A stretch of DNA of 64,000 bases from Natator depressus (taxonomy: Eukaryota). Position 1 is the stretch's first letter; each line of letters opens with the position of its first letter. Made by a program: the position numbers and the translations under genes. Location: the NCBI RefSeq assembly GCF_965152275.1, contig NC_134234.1, forward strand, positions 39,458,920 through 39,522,919, in the 5' to 3' direction. Below are positions 35,380 to 48,939 of this stretch, in pieces. Below the pieces are notes generated by a model. The model did no database searches. It was not told the DNA's origin and was given only the letters and a program-made list of their open reading frames with translations.

Positions 35380-37100
35380 ATGGAACAGCCATACTGGATC
35401 AGACCAATGGTACATATAGCCTGCTATTCTGTCTTCTGACAGTGCCTGAGCCCAAATGCTTCAGAGGGAATGAACAGAACAGAGCAATTATTTACAGATC
35501 CGTCTCCCGTCATCCAGTCCCAACTTCTGGCAGTCTGAGTCTTAGGACACCCAGAGCATGGGGTTGCATCCCTGACCATCTTGGCTAATAGCCATTGATG
35601 GACTTGTCCTCCATGAACTTATCTAATTCTTTTTTGAACCCAGTTATATTTTTGGCCTTCACATCATCCCTGGTAATGAGTTCTACAGGTTGACAGCGTT
35701 GTTTGAGGAAGTACTTCATTTTGTTTGCTTTGTTTACAATAATTTAATCAGGTGACCCTTCATTCTTTTGTTATGTGAAGAGGTAAATAACACACTTCCT
35801 TATTCACTTTCTCCACACCATTCATGATTTTATAGGCCTTTTTCATATCCCCCTTAGTCGTCTCTTTTCTAAGCTGAACAGTTCCAGTCTTTTTAATTTT
35901 TCCTCATATGGAAGCTGTTCCATACCCCTAATCAATTTTGCTTCCCTTCTCTGTATTTTTTTTCAATTATAACATATATTTTTTTGAGATGGGTCAACCA
36001 AAACTGCACACAGTATTCAAGGTGTGAGTTTACGATGGATTTATATAGTGCATGATGATATTTACTGTCTTATTATCTATCCCTTTCCTAATGGTTTCTA
36101 ACATACTATTATCTTTTTTATCTGCCTCTGCACATTGAACAAATGTTTTCAGAGAACTATCCACAATGACTCCACAATCTCTTTTTTGCGTGGTAACAGC
36201 TAATTTAGACCCCTACATTTTGTATGTATAGTTGGGATTATGTTTTCCCATGTGCATTTCTTTGCCTTTATCAACATTGAATTTCATCTGGCATTTTGTT
36301 GCCCAGTCATCCAGTTTTATGAGATCTCTTTGTAACTCTTCACAGTCAGTTTTGGACTTAACTATCTTAAGCAATTTTGTATTATCTGCAAACTTTGCCA
36401 CCTCACTGCTTACCCCTTTTTCCAAATCGTTTATGAATATGTTGAACAGCACTGGTACCAATACAAACCCATGGGGGACCCCGCTATTTACCTCTCTCCA
36501 CTATGAAATCTGACCATTTATTCCTACCCTTTGTTTCCTGTCTTTTAAGCAATTACTGATCCATGAGAGGACCTTCCGTCTTATCCCATGACTCCTTACT
36601 TTGCTTAAGAGCCTTTGGTGAAGTATCTTGTTAAAGGCTTTCTGAAAGTCCAAGTACATTATATCTCCTGGAGCTCCCTTGTCCACATGTTTGTTTATCC
36701 CCACAAAGTATTATAATAGATTGGTGAGGCATGATTTCTCTTTACAAAAGCCATGCTGACTCTTCCCCAGAAATAGTGTTCATCTATGTGTCTGATAATT
36801 CTGTTGTTTACTATAGTTTCAACCAGTTTGCCTGGTACTGAAGTTAGTCCTATTGGCCCGTAATTACCAAGATAGCTTCTGGAGCCTTTTTTTAAAAATC
36901 AGCATTACGTTAGCTATCCTCTAGTCATCTGGTACAGAGGCTGATTTTAGGTGATAAGTTATATACCACAGTTAGTAGTTCTGCAATTTCATATTTGAGT
37001 TATTTCGGAACTCTTGGATGAACACCATCTGGACCTGGTGACTTATTACAATGACTGTCAATTAATCGCAGTTAAACAAGTGATTAACACAAAACAAATT
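35380..37100 (-). mobile_element. CR1-family LINE fragment (minus strand)
   Basis: Minus-strand ORFs 36213-36461 and 36501-36704 carry CR1 RT motifs (FADNTKL, NPNYTYKM). The reverse-complemented CR1 3' end lies at 35390-35640 (..ggctattagccaagatgg..). Confidence 0.75.
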
Positions 37101-38058
37101 AACTAGATTTTTTAAAAATCATGATTAACCACAGTTTCAATTTACATTTATTATAAATATTTTTGGATGTTTTCTACATTTTCAAATATTGATTTCAGTC
37201 ACAACACAGAATACAAAGTGTACAGTGATTACTTTATATTATTTTTATTACAAATATTTGCACTATAAAAAGATAAACCAAAAAATTAGTATTTTTCAAT
37301 CCATCTCATACAAGTACTGTAGTGCAATCTCTTTATTGTGAAAGTGAAACTTATAAGCGTATAATAATTTTTTAACATAACTGCACTTAAAACAATGTAA
37401 AACTTTAGTGTGTACAAGTCCACTCAGTTCTACTTCTTGTTCACCCAGTTGCTAAGACAAACAAGTTTGTTTACATTTATGAGAGAGAAGGTGTGGGAAT
37501 CTCTCTCACATCTTCTGTAGTGAAGTCTGATGTGAAGAATTTATTTAGCTTTTCCACAGTGGCCTTGTGTTCCTTGAGTGCTCCTTTAGCAACTCGATTG
37601 GTAGCCCATTGATAGTCTTCCTACTTCTGATATACTTACAAAAATTTTGCTGTTAGTGCTTGTGTCTTTTCCTAATTGCTCTTTAAATTCTTTTTTTGGC
37701 CTGCCTAATTATACTTTTACAGTTAACTTGCCAGAGTTTATGTTCCTTTCTATTTTCCGCAGTAGGATTTTATTTCCAGTTTTTAAAGGGATGCCTTTTT
37801 GCCTCTAACTGCCTCTGTTGTTTTGCCATGGTGGCATATTTTTGGTCCTGACCTACTCTGTCATTTCTACATATTTTATACCCTAGTATTACCATGTGCG
37901 CCTTTGCACCTGTTGGCTTTCCCTCATCCCTTAGTTTAAAAACTCCTCTACAACTTCTTTAATTTTACATGCCAGCAATCTGGTTCCTTTTTGGTTTAGA
38001 TGGAGCCCATCCTTCCTGTATAAGCTCCACCTTTCCCAAAACCCTCCTCCAAAAACCA

Positions 38059-38277
38059 TCATCTCATCCATGCTTTGAGACCCAGCAATTCTGCCTGTCT
38101 AACTGCGTCTGTGCATGGAACTGGAAGTATTTCAGAGAATGCTACCGTCGGGTTCCTGGACTTTAATCTCTTACTTAGCAGCCTAAATTTGGCCTCCAGG
38201 ACTTCTCGCCTACCTTTTCCTATGTCATTGGTACCTACATGTACCATGACCACCAGCTCATCCCCAGCATTGCACAT
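38059..38277 (-). mobile_element. SGNH/GDSL esterase-like ORF fragment, as found in ORF1 of CR1/L2-clade LINEs
   Basis: MCNAGDELVVMVHVGTNDIGKGRREVLEAKFRLL contains the GTND block of SGNH hydrolases. It is an isolated fragment. Confidence 0.35.
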
Positions 38278-40006
38278 AAGTCAGTCTAGATATCTCAAGA
38301 GATTCACAACGTTTGCGCCTGGCAGGCAATTCACCATGTGGTTCTCCTGGTCATCACAAACGCAACTATATTTCTAATAATTGAATCCTCCATTACTATT
38401 ACCAGTCTGTAACATACCAAGGCACAATCTAGACCAGTGGTCACCAACCGGTTGTTCTTCTTTGAGTAGTGTCCCTATGAGTGCTCCGCTGTAGGTGTAT
38501 GTGCGCTCTTGCGCCTCTAATCAGAGATTTTTGGTAGCAGTGTCCGTTGAGCCCATGCATGTGCTCTCCTTCCCTCCTGGTCTGGCACTGCAGGGGCGAA
38601 GCCCCCTCACTTCCTTCTCAACCGCCTTTGGCCTCAAACAGAGCGAGCAGTCATCCCTTCCTTATCTGTGTCATTAGCATAAGTAGTAGTCGTGTTTTTG
38701 TTTCTTTTGGTCTCCTTAATCGTTAGTGTTTCATTTTTATTTACTCCTTTGGGATTAAAGGAGAAAAAAAGAGAAAGAAAGAAAAAGAACTTTAGTTTCC
38801 TGCCCCGTCTGAGGGCACCCCCACCTCCCAGGCATTTAGTAGACTCTAAGTTTTTCAGTTTATTTTTTAAAAAAAAAGAAAATAAAAAGGAAAAGAAGAG
38901 AAGGAGTAAAGAAGACCTTTTTCTGCATTCCCCACTGCTAGAGGATGATAGCCCCCTGCCAAGGGGCATGCCTGGTTCTCCCTGCTCCAAGAGGTGCCTC
39001 TCCTACAAGGAGTCAATTCCTGTAATGGCCAGACACTCTTACTGTGTCTGGTACCTGGGAGAGCCTCACGGAAGTGCTTCACCTGCCACAGCTAAAACAG
39101 CAGTCTCGCAGGAACTGGGACCTGAAGTTAAAACTCCTCCTTATGGAGAAGGTACTTCAGTCTCCAGGGGACTCCGGGGTTGACCCCGGATCATCCCTGG
39201 AGCCTCTAAAGGTACGTCTACAGTACGAAATTATTTCGAAATTATTCTATTCAAATTTTTGGAAGCAATTTTATACATTTGGTCTTGTGTGTCCCCACTA
39301 AAGCACGTGAATTCGGTGGAGTGCATTCACAGTACCGAGGCTAGCATCGAATGTCAGAGCGGTGCACTGTGAGTAGCTATCCCACAGTTCCCGCAGTCCC
39401 CGCCGCCCATTTGAATTCTGGGTTAAGCTCCCAGTGCATGATGGGGCAAAAACATTCTCGCAGGTGTTTCTGGGTGTGTGTCATCAGTTGCTCCTCCCTC
39501 CGTGAAAGCTACGGCAGACAATCGTTTTGCGCCTTTTTGGTGTGCAGACACCATACTGCTTTCAGTAGATGGTGCAGTACGGTGCACTGCTTCTCTCCTA
39601 GTACTTTGAATCCACCTCGCATTTCCTCTTGTCTTTCTATGTAATCTCTATAAGTATCTACTCTTTCTATTCCTCATCAACCGCTTCCACTGCCAACTCT
39701 GCTTGGCCATCATGAACCGAGCAGCAGAGCTTCCACCGCCAGCTCTGCTCTCCCGCTCTTGCCGCGCTACCGAGCTTCTCCATGTTGTCTGTCTTGGATC
39801 CCGCCTCCGTGAAAGCTACAGAAGACAACCATTTCCCACCTTTTTTTGTTTATCGTGAACCAAACAGCACCTCTTCCGCTGCCACTCTGCTCTCCTACAT
39901 TTCATGCCCTTTTTCCAGGATTACCCGTGCAGGCGCCTTAGCGCAGCAAGCCGTGGAGCCGCTATAGTTTTGACCATTGTAAATACCTCGCCCATTATCC
40001 AGCAGT

Positions 40007-41408
40007 ATGTGCAGTACCTGCAAAACCAGGCGAGGAAGCAACAATAGCACGATTACTATACTGCTGAGGACATGGATCCAGACATTCTTAGAAGCACAGC
40101 ATGTGGCAATTGGGAGATCATGGTGGCGTTGGGCCAGGTTCATGCCGTGGAACGCTGATTCTGGGCCCGAGAAACAAGCACAGACTGGTGGGACCGCAAA
40201 GTGTTGCAGGTATGGGATGATTCCCATGGCTGCGAAACTTTCGTATGCATAGGGCCACTTTCATGGAACTTTGTGACTTGCTGTCCCCTGCCCTCAAGCA
40301 CAAAGACACCAAACTGAGAGCAGCCATCACAGTTGAGAAGCAAGTGGCCATAGCCCTGTGGAAGCTTGCAACGTCCAACAGCTACCGGTCAGTCGGGAAT
40401 CAGTTTGGAGTGGGCAAATGAGGGGAGAGGGATAGCTCAGTGGTTTGAGCATTGGCCTGCTAAACCCAGGGTTGTGAGTTCAATCGCTGAGGGGCCATTT
40501 AGGGATCTGGGGCAAAAAAAATTGGGGATTGGTCCTGCTTTGAGCAGGGGGTTGGACTAGATGACCTCCTGAGGTCCCTTCCAACTCTGATATTCTATGA
40601 TTCTATGAAATCTACTGTGGGGGCTGCTGTGCTGCAAGTAGCCAATGCAGTCATTGACCAGCTGCTATCAAGGGTAGTGACTTTGGGAAATGTGCAGATC
40701 ATCGTGGATGGCTTTAATGCACTGAGGTTCCCTAACTATGGCGGGGCGATAGGTGGAACGCATATCCCTATCTTGGCCCCAGAGCATCGGGGTGGCCAGT
40801 GTGTAAACTGCAAGGGGTACCTTTCCATGGTGCTGCAAGCACTGGTGGATCACAAGGGACGTTTCACCGACATCAACGTGGGATGGCCGGGAAAGGTGCA
40901 TGACGCTCGCATCTTCAAGAACTCTAGTCTGTTTGAACAGCTGCAGGAGGGGACTTACTTCCCAGACCAGAAAATTACTGTTGGGGATGTTGAAATGCCT
41001 ATAATTATCCTCGGGGACCCAGCCTACCCCTTAATGCCATGGCTCATGAAGCCGTACACAGACACCCTGGACAGTAGTAAGGAGCAGTTCAACTATAGGC
41101 TGAGCAAGTGCGGAATGGAGTTAGAATGTGCTTTTGGATGTTTGAAAGTGCACTGGTGCAGTCTACTGACTTGGTTAGATCTCAGCACAACCAATATTCC
41201 AATCGTAATTGCTGCTTGTTGTGTGCTCCATAATATCTGTGAGAGTATGGGGGAGACGTTTATGGTGGGGTGGGAGGTTGAGACAACTCGCCTGGCAGCC
41301 AATTTCGCACAGCCAGACAACAGGGCAATTAGAAGAGCGCAGCAGGGCGCACTGCACATCAGAGAAGCTTTGAAAGCCAGTTTCATGACTGGCTGGGGTA
41401 CGGTGTGA
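40007..41408 (+). pseudogene. Harbinger transposase, copy 2, disrupted
   Basis: It is homologous to 28910-30160 (..FWARETSTDWWDRKVLQVWDDS.., ..PWLRNFRMHRATFMELC.., GAIGGTHIPILAPEHRG..). It has a stop near 40140, a frameshift near 40225, and a SINE insertion at 40414-40608 that splits the ORF. Confidence 0.8.
40414..40608 (+). mobile_element. tRNA-derived SINE with a CR1-type tail, inserted in the transposase ORF
   Basis: tRNA-like head gggatagctcagtggtttgagcattggcctgctaaacccagggttgtgagttcaatc (A and B boxes). The tail ggttggactagatgacctcctgaggtcccttccaactctgatattctatgattctatg is shared with the CR1 3' UTRs at 9097-9182. Confidence 0.8.
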
Positions 41409-41554
41409 CAGTTGTGTTTGTTTCTCTTGAAGTTACCCGCCCCCTATATATATGAAGGGAAATAAAGTCACAATTGTTTAAAAAACGTTCTTTATTATTT
41501 GTTGCACAACACATTGAGAGAAATCAGAAGATAGACCCGGGGGCGGTAATTGGG

Positions 41555-43202
41555 TTAAGGGGGTGGAGCAGGAGGGAAGGACAAGTCCAGAAACCAAATC
41601 AAAATTTCGGATATGCCAGCTTTCTGCTGCTTGTGCAATCGTCTGGGGTGGAGTGTGTGGGTCCCTGTAGCCTTCCCGCCGCCCCCCCGTGTTCTTGGGC
41701 GCCTGGTTGAAGAGGCTATGGAACTTGGGGAGGAGGGAGGGCGGTTATACAGGGGCTGCAGCAGCAGTCTGTGGGCTTGCTGCCTTTTCCGCATTAGATC
41801 CACCATATAGCGGAGCATGTCAGTTTGCTCCCCCATGAGCTTGACCATAGCATCCTGCCTGCTCTCATCGCATGCACCCCTCCTCTCTTCCTGTTCTTTT
41901 AACACTTTACAGGACTCTGCAATTGTTTGCCTCCACACATTCAGCTGGGCCCTATCAGTGTGGGAGGACTGCATGAGCTCGGCGAACATGTCGTCCCGAG
42001 TTTGTTTTTTCCACCTTCTAATCTGGACCAGCCTCTGGGACGGAGTAGATAGGGGCCGCATTGAAATATTTGCACCTGCGGGAGGAGAAAAAGGGAGGGT
42101 AGTATTTTAAAAGATTAATTTTAGAGAACAAAGGTGACACTCTTTCCCAGTGAAACAGGCAATTCATAGTACACAGCACATGTTCTTTCTGTACAAGGTC
42201 ACATTTTGCCTCTTACACTGAAGTGCCTGCCACTTTGGTGTGAGTAAGCCATCACACATGGCCGGGCAACAGAATTCAGCTTGCAGGCAGCCATGTTAAG
42301 CCCTAGGGGCACACAGGTTCTGCTTCTTCCAAATTCATTTCAATGCTTTCAAACTGCCGGGCCCCCTTTCCCATAGCAAGCAATTCCTGGTGGGTTTGCC
42401 ATATAAAAGGAGGGCCTGTGGGCTTTCTGGGATGATTGCTTCACACAACACACACCCTCACCCACTGCATGGCTCCGATGAGGCTCTGAGCAGGGATGAG
42501 CCATTTAAACTAAACGCGAACAGCCCCGTGCGGCTGGGTTTTCCCCCACCCCTCACCGCGTGGCTCCATTCAGGCTCTCACTCACCAGAAATGCCTTCTC
42601 CAGGGTCATGGTCTGGGAGCCCACCTTGGGAGTCGGGGGAGGCTATTGGGTCCAGCGTTAAGAATAATTCCTGGCTAGGGTTGGGAAACGGATTCCCCAC
42701 TTGCCACCTGTGCACTGTCATCCTCCTCCTCCTCCTCCAATAACTCATCCTCCTCGCTCTGTGCAACTCCCCCCTTGCAGGTGTCCATGGACAGTGGTGG
42801 GGTAGTGGTGGCATCACCCCCCATAATAGCATGCAGTTCACGATAGAAGCGACATATATGGGGCTGTGACCCAGAGTGCCTGTTCACCTCCCTGGCTTTT
42901 TGGTATGCTTGCCTGAGCTCCTTGATTTTTGTACGACATTGCTCTGTGTCCCTGGAGTAGCCTCTTTCCGTCATGGCCCTGGAGACTTTAGTGTACGTAT
43001 TTGCGTTTCTTTTTTTGGAACATAGTTCTGCCATAACAGATTCATATCCCCAACATGCAATGAGATCCAGTACCTCCCGTTCAGACCATGCTGGAGCTCT
43101 TCTGCGAATCCGGGACTGCATGGTCTCTTGTGATGGTGGAGTCTGTATGGTCACCTGTGATGGTGGACTGTGCTGATGGTCACCTGTGCTGATGGTGACC
43201 AA
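41555..43202 (-). CDS. Harbinger-associated Myb/SANT-like DNA-binding protein gene, apparently two exons
   Basis: ORF 42675-43202 (-) includes WSEREVLDLIACWG...CRTKIKELRQAYQKAREVNRHSGSQPHICRFYRELHAIMG (Myb-like) and an acidic tail. ORF 41555-42061 (-) encodes the C-terminal part. Putative intron: donor CAA|gtgggg near 42650 and acceptor tttctcctcccgcag near 42060. Confidence 0.5.
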
Positions 43203-46200
43203 ACAGGAAATTAAATTAAAAAGTTCCCTGAGCTTTTACTGCCTACCTGGCTAGTGCATCAGAGTTGAGAGTGTTGTCCAGAGCGGTCACAAGGGAGCAT
43301 TCTGGGATATCTCCCTGAAGCCAATATCGTTGAATTGCGTCCACAGTACCTGTAACCCAGAACTGCGATCTCGATTTTAGCGCTACTCCACTTGCCAAGG
43401 TGGAGTACAGAAATCGGATTAAAGAGCCCTTTAAATCAAAAACACCGGTTTGGTTGTGTGGACGGAATCCATTTTATTTCAAATTAACTCGGCTAATTCC
43501 GAAATAACCATGTACTGTAGACCAGGCCTAACTTCAAAGGGGATAAAGTCATGAAAAAACACAGCAGACCCCCTGTAAAGGCTCATAAAAAGAGGCTCCG
43601 AGTTGTTGGTCAGCCAGAGGGACTCCCCAATGCAGTCACCTCAGTACCAACTGCACCAGCAACTCTGAAGCACGGTACCGAGAAGGGGGCCTTCACTATG
43701 AGCTCTGCTCTGCAGCACCAGAGTAGCCAGGGGCTTTGGCAGTCAGGCTCTAAGGCAAGGGTACCGCCCCCTAAGGAGACAGACAATTACTGTACCGTCT
43801 CTAAAAGAGCGGCACAGAGAAAACCTGTGGTACTAGGTATGACAAAACTCCTACCCTATGGAGTGCTCTGCACCTTCCCAACCATCAGTGCTGACAACAT
43901 ACCACAGAGTGAGCCCATGGTACCACATGAGCTCTGGTACGCTTGAGACCTGTTTCCCTGGTACCCAGGGAAAGACAATTACTGTACCATCTCTAAAAGA
44001 GTGGCACCAACACACCTTTCTGTACCGGGCGCAACAAAACTCTCATTTATGGAGTGCTCTGCACCTTCTCAACCATCGGTACCGACAAAGTACCATGGAC
44101 ACTCCTCCGCAGTACCCAGTGAGCCCAGGGTACTGCATGAGCTCTGTTACCCTGGAGACCTGATGGTTCGGGAAGTACTGCAATCCCCATTACTCGGTAC
44201 CAGGGCCCCGGTACCAAGCACATCCCGGCACCTGGAATCGCTCTTAGCACCAGGTCGTGTACCACCAATCTCCCAGTTAGTGCCGCGCTTACCCAGTGAC
44301 GAGTCTGACAGTGCCCAGGAGGAGGTCATTTCCCTGGCCTCTCATCGTGGCCCACCATCACAATACAAGGGCCCTCCCCAATTCCATCGAGCCAACTCAC
44401 AATTGTGATACGGGCCCCCTGGAGTAACCCCACCGCCCATGCCTGCCCTCCTCCCCACCACCCCGCCCCCATGGCCATATTGCAATCCTTGGGCAACATA
44501 CACACATGTTGCGGCTGTCCAGTGTCTCTCAGAGAGAGTCCACCAGATGGTCTGCTACAGCCTGGCTGTCCAGAGTCCCTGAGCCAGGGGAAGAGGAAGC
44601 TTTTTCAGAACAGGAAGAAAGACTCGAAGGTGAAGTTACCCGCTCCAGAAAACTTCTCCTCATCTCCACCAGATGAGGCTGCAATGCCTCCCCCGCCATC
44701 ACTAGGTGATGATTTTAAGAACTTTCTGTATCTTACCAAGAGGGTGGCAGATGAGCTGCAGAGTCCCCTACATGAGATGGCAGATACCCATCACAAGTTG
44801 GTGGATATTCTGCACACCTCTTCCTCATGCAGAGTTGCCTTCCCAGTTAATTCTAGATCCTACCAAAGTCATCCAGCAGACACCAGCCTCCATCACACCA
44901 ACCAGCAACAGAGCCAAAAATTAATTAAAAAAAAAATACTACATCCCTCCCAAAGAGGCAAACTTCCTGTTTCAACATCTGCAACCCAACTCCATCATAG
45001 TGGGTGTGGTTAATGCACAAAGCAAGCAACATAATGCCAAGTCGACCCCATACGCTCGGGCTTAGCAGGATGGCATGTTTGTCGGCGACATTACCGTTTA
45101 GAGTAATGAATTACCAAACTGTCATGGTCAAATAAAATTTTATTAATTATGGGAAACTCAATGCGTTTCTGGAGCATTTACTGGAGACAAAAAAGGAGCA
45201 GTTTCACACCATTCTTAGACAGGGTCAGTTAATAGCCAGACTGGTGCTAGAGACAGCACTGGATGTAGCTGATACAGCAGCCCGCCCAGTCTCCATGACA
45301 GTGGTACTGAGGCAGGCTTCTTGGCTACACCTTTCTGGATTTCCCAAAGAGCTGCAGAAGACTTCCTGTTTGAAGGGCCCAAACTCTTTGCAGAGAAGAC
45401 AGATTCTTCTCTCCACATCCTGAAGGATTCCCAGATCACATTACACTCCCTAGGAAACTACACTGTGGGACAGAAGAGAAGATATACCTCTCAGCCACAG
45501 CACAGATCACAATCTCCTCAATACCCACCATCTCAGTGCTGTTATTAGCCCTGGTGTAAGAGAACCAGAGCTCAAAAGCAGAAGCAGTCCACGACCTCTG
45601 AAACCGCCTCTTCTAAGCGCTTTTGACGGGTTGGTCAAGGGCCTGAACAATTATACCTTTCAACATCAGCTGCCACCTACACACTTGTCACCTTCAGAAG
45701 TCACCTGGCCCTATTTCACAGCAGTTGTGAGAATATCCCCTCTGACAGATGGATCCTGGAGATTATTTTGAAGAGTTACACCATTCAATTCATGTCCCTC
45801 CCCATTCCAACCCTCCTTCCCCGTCCCCCTTCAGGGACCCTTCTCATTAGAACCTACTTCATCTGGAAATATATCATTTGTTATGCCTAGGGGCCATTGA
45901 ACCAGTTCCGGTTCAACTCAGGAGCAAGGGGATTTACTCTCATTTTCTGATCCACAAGGCGAAGGGAGGTTGGAGGCCCATTCTAGATCTAAGGGCATTA
46001 AACAAATATGGGAAGGTGCAGACATTCAAGGTGGTGACACTAGCAGCCATTATTCCAGCTCTAGAGCAAGAAGATTTATCTCCAGCCCTCGACCTACAAG
46101 ATGTGTACTTCCATATCTCAATACAACCATCGTACAGGAGATTTTCTACGATTTACCTTTGGTGCAAGACCATTATCAGCACAGACTGCTCCACCCAGGG

Positions 46201-48939
46201 TATTCTCCAAGGTTCTCTTCATTGTAGCAGTGCACTAACCCCGGTACAGCAACTGGAGTTTATCAGCATCAACCTTGATACAGTACAAGCGAGAGCATTC
46301 CTCCCACTACACAGACTCGCCACCCTGGGACAAATGCTTCCCTAATAGGCTGGGGAGCTCACCTACACAACCACAAGGTTTAGGGCAAATGGCCATCCAC
46401 AGACGTCCATATCACTCTTTGGGAGCTAAGGGCTGTTAGGAATGCCTGTGCACACTTCCTGCCTTTCATCAAGAACACCCACATGAAAGGCATGATGGAC
46501 TTAACATGACCTGTATGTTTTACATAAATCGCCAAGGGTGTGCCAGATCTCTCTCCCTCTGCAAGGAAGCACTCAAACTTTGTAATTGATGCACCCATCA
46601 CAATGTGCTCATCTCAGCTGTCTATCTACCAGGGATACAGAACATGACAGCCAACTGTCTCAGTCAGAATTTTTGTCACGACCATGAGTGGGTACTAAAC
46701 TCAGAGGTGCTTCAAGATATATTCGCCCTTTGGGGAACTCTGACTATGGACCTCTTTGCTACTTCCCAGAACAAAAAAGGTGCTCATTACTGCTCCAGGG
46801 CTGGCCTGGGGAAACATTCACTGGGAGACACCCTCATCAGTTTCCTCTTCTATCCAAGGTCCTGTTAAACATTCAGCGAGACAAAGCAAGAGTTATCCTG
46901 ATTCCTCCTCCTTGCCATGACAAGTCTGGCTCCCTTACCTGACACAGATGGCAATATGCCCTCCTGTTCCTCTTTGGCCCATTCCTCACCTTCTCTCTCA
47001 AAACAATGGGCTGATCCTTCACCCCAGCCTGCGGATTCTCCACCTCCAAGCTTGGCTCCTTCTTAGTTCCAAGGCTTAGAGGCAGAATGCTCTGACGAGC
47101 TGAAAGACATGTTGCTACACAGCCAAAAGTTGACCACCCCACATACTTACTTACAAAATGGAAACGATTCCAAGTTTGTTGTCATTCTAAACACATAGAC
47201 CCAACCTCATCTTCCCTCCCTCTGATTTGACACTACATTTTAGACCTCAAGAGGTCAGCACTCTCTCACAGCTCCCTTAAGGTACATCTCACAGTGAAAA
47301 TGGCATTCCACTGCCAGGTAGACAGATTCTTGGTGTTTGCTCACCCGCTGATGTGTAGATTCCTTAAGGGCATTGGGAATCTCTTCCTGCATCAGCCTGG
47401 GATCTTAATCTAGTTCTCAGGGCTTTGACTAGACCTCCCTTTGAGTCCATGGCAACTTGCTCTCTCTTACATCTGTCCATGAAAACAGCATTTCCAATTG
47501 CCATTACCTCAGCTAGGCACATAGGAGAAAAAGCGGTCCTGATGGCATACCCACCATTCACGGCCTTTTTTAAAGACAAAGTAACCCTAAGGCCATATCC
47601 CAAGTTTCTCCCTACTTTCTCTGCACTTTCCATATGAATCAACAGATTCATCTCCCTGTTTTTTCCCAAAACCGCATTGTGATAACAGGAAGACAATTCT
47701 GCATATGCTGCATGTTAGAAGGACATTAGCATTGTGCTTGGACAGAACTAAGGACTTTAGGAAATCCCCTAAATTCTTCCTTTCGTCCACAGAAAGATCC
47801 AAAAGCTCTGTGAGATTGGCTCAAAGACTATCCAAATGGGTCTCTGGTTGCATTAATCACTGTTATCAAGGGTGGAATCTGCTTCCATCCAGAGTCCATG
47901 CGCACTCCACAAGGTCAATTTCTACCTCAGTCACATTACTTAAAGATATCCCTATCGCAGTAATCTGTAGAGCAACGACTTGGGCCTCTGCCCATACTTT
48001 TGCAGAACATTATGCAATCACTTAAGATTTGGCCCCCAACGCCATCTTTGACTCCACAGTACTCTCTGTAGTGACAGACTCCACTCCGAAGTCCCAGACT
48101 CCAGTGGTGGGTACTGCTCGGGAGTCACCTATAGTGGAGCACCCATAGGGATATTACTCGAAGAAGAAGAGGAAGTTTCTCACTTTGTGCAGTAATAATG
48201 GTTCTTCGAGATGTCTGTCCCTGTGGGTGCTCCACAACCAGCCCTCCTCCCCAATATTTTGGAGTTCTCTATAGGGCTCTGCAGTGGAAAGAGAAGTGAG
48301 GGGACTTCGCCCGCGCAACGCTAGATAGCCTCGAGGCAGACCACGAGGGAGGGAGAGCACATATGTGGGCTCAACTGACACTGCTACCAAAAATCTCCAA
48401 TTAGAGGCACAGGGGCACACATACACCTACAGTGGAGCACCCTTAGGGACAGACATCTCGAAGAACCATCGTTACTGCACAAAGTGAGTAATTTCCTCAT
48501 TGCAATTGACTGGTCGATCCTGGAGACTCTCCCAGTCGATCACGATCTCTAGGCGCTAAAAGCCTGGTGGTGTAGCGGGGCTGCCGCTAAGGCAGGCTCT
48601 CTGCCTGCCCCGGCCCCATGCCGCTCCCGGAAGTGGCCAGCACACCCCCACAGCCCGGGGAAGGGGAAGGTGGGCACGGGTCTCTGCACACTGCCCCTAT
48701 TTGCAGGCACCGCCCCTGCAGCTCCCATTGACCAGGAATGTGGAACGGTAGCCAGTGGGAGCTGCAGTGGCAGTGTCTGCAGACGGGCAGTATGCGTACC
48801 CACGTGCCCCCCACCCCAGGGGCCGCAGGGGCGCACTGGCCCCTTCCGGGAGCAGCATGGGGCCAGGGCAGGGAGGGAGTCTGCCTTAGCCCCGCTGCAC
48901 CACCGACCGGGAGCCACCCGAGGTAAGTGCCACCCGGTG

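Larger units (their letters stand above)
39213..43526 (+). mobile_element. Harbinger/PIF-type DNA transposon, copy 2, nested in the DIRS-like element
   Basis: Left end ggtacGTCTACAGTACgaaattatttcgaaatta and right end gaaataaccatGTACTGTAGACcagg form TIRs. It has a + strand transposase and a - strand Myb-like gene. Confidence 0.7.
38405..48480 (+). mobile_element. DIRS-like tyrosine-recombinase retroelement with inverted terminal repeats, interrupted by a nested Harbinger
   Basis: 38440-38680 is the reverse complement of 48230-48480 (inverted terminal repeats). Plus-strand ORFs are 43551-43946 (gag-like), 45878-46345 (RT: ILDLRALNKY...LDLQDVYFHISI), 46605-46940 (DLFATSQNKK motif) and 47705-48025 (tyrosine-recombinase C-terminus HSTRS...WASAHTFAEHY). 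Confidence 0.65.

Noticed and set aside
38634-39183. ORFs of 118 and 163 aa
   Set aside because: They span a GAAA/AAAG-rich simple-sequence tract (38690-38990) and give poly-Lys/Glu/Phe translations.
40419-40480. tRNA gene
   Set aside because: Only the tRNA-like head of a SINE (A and B boxes) is present. There is no complete cloverleaf or acceptor stem, and it is followed by a CR1-type tail.
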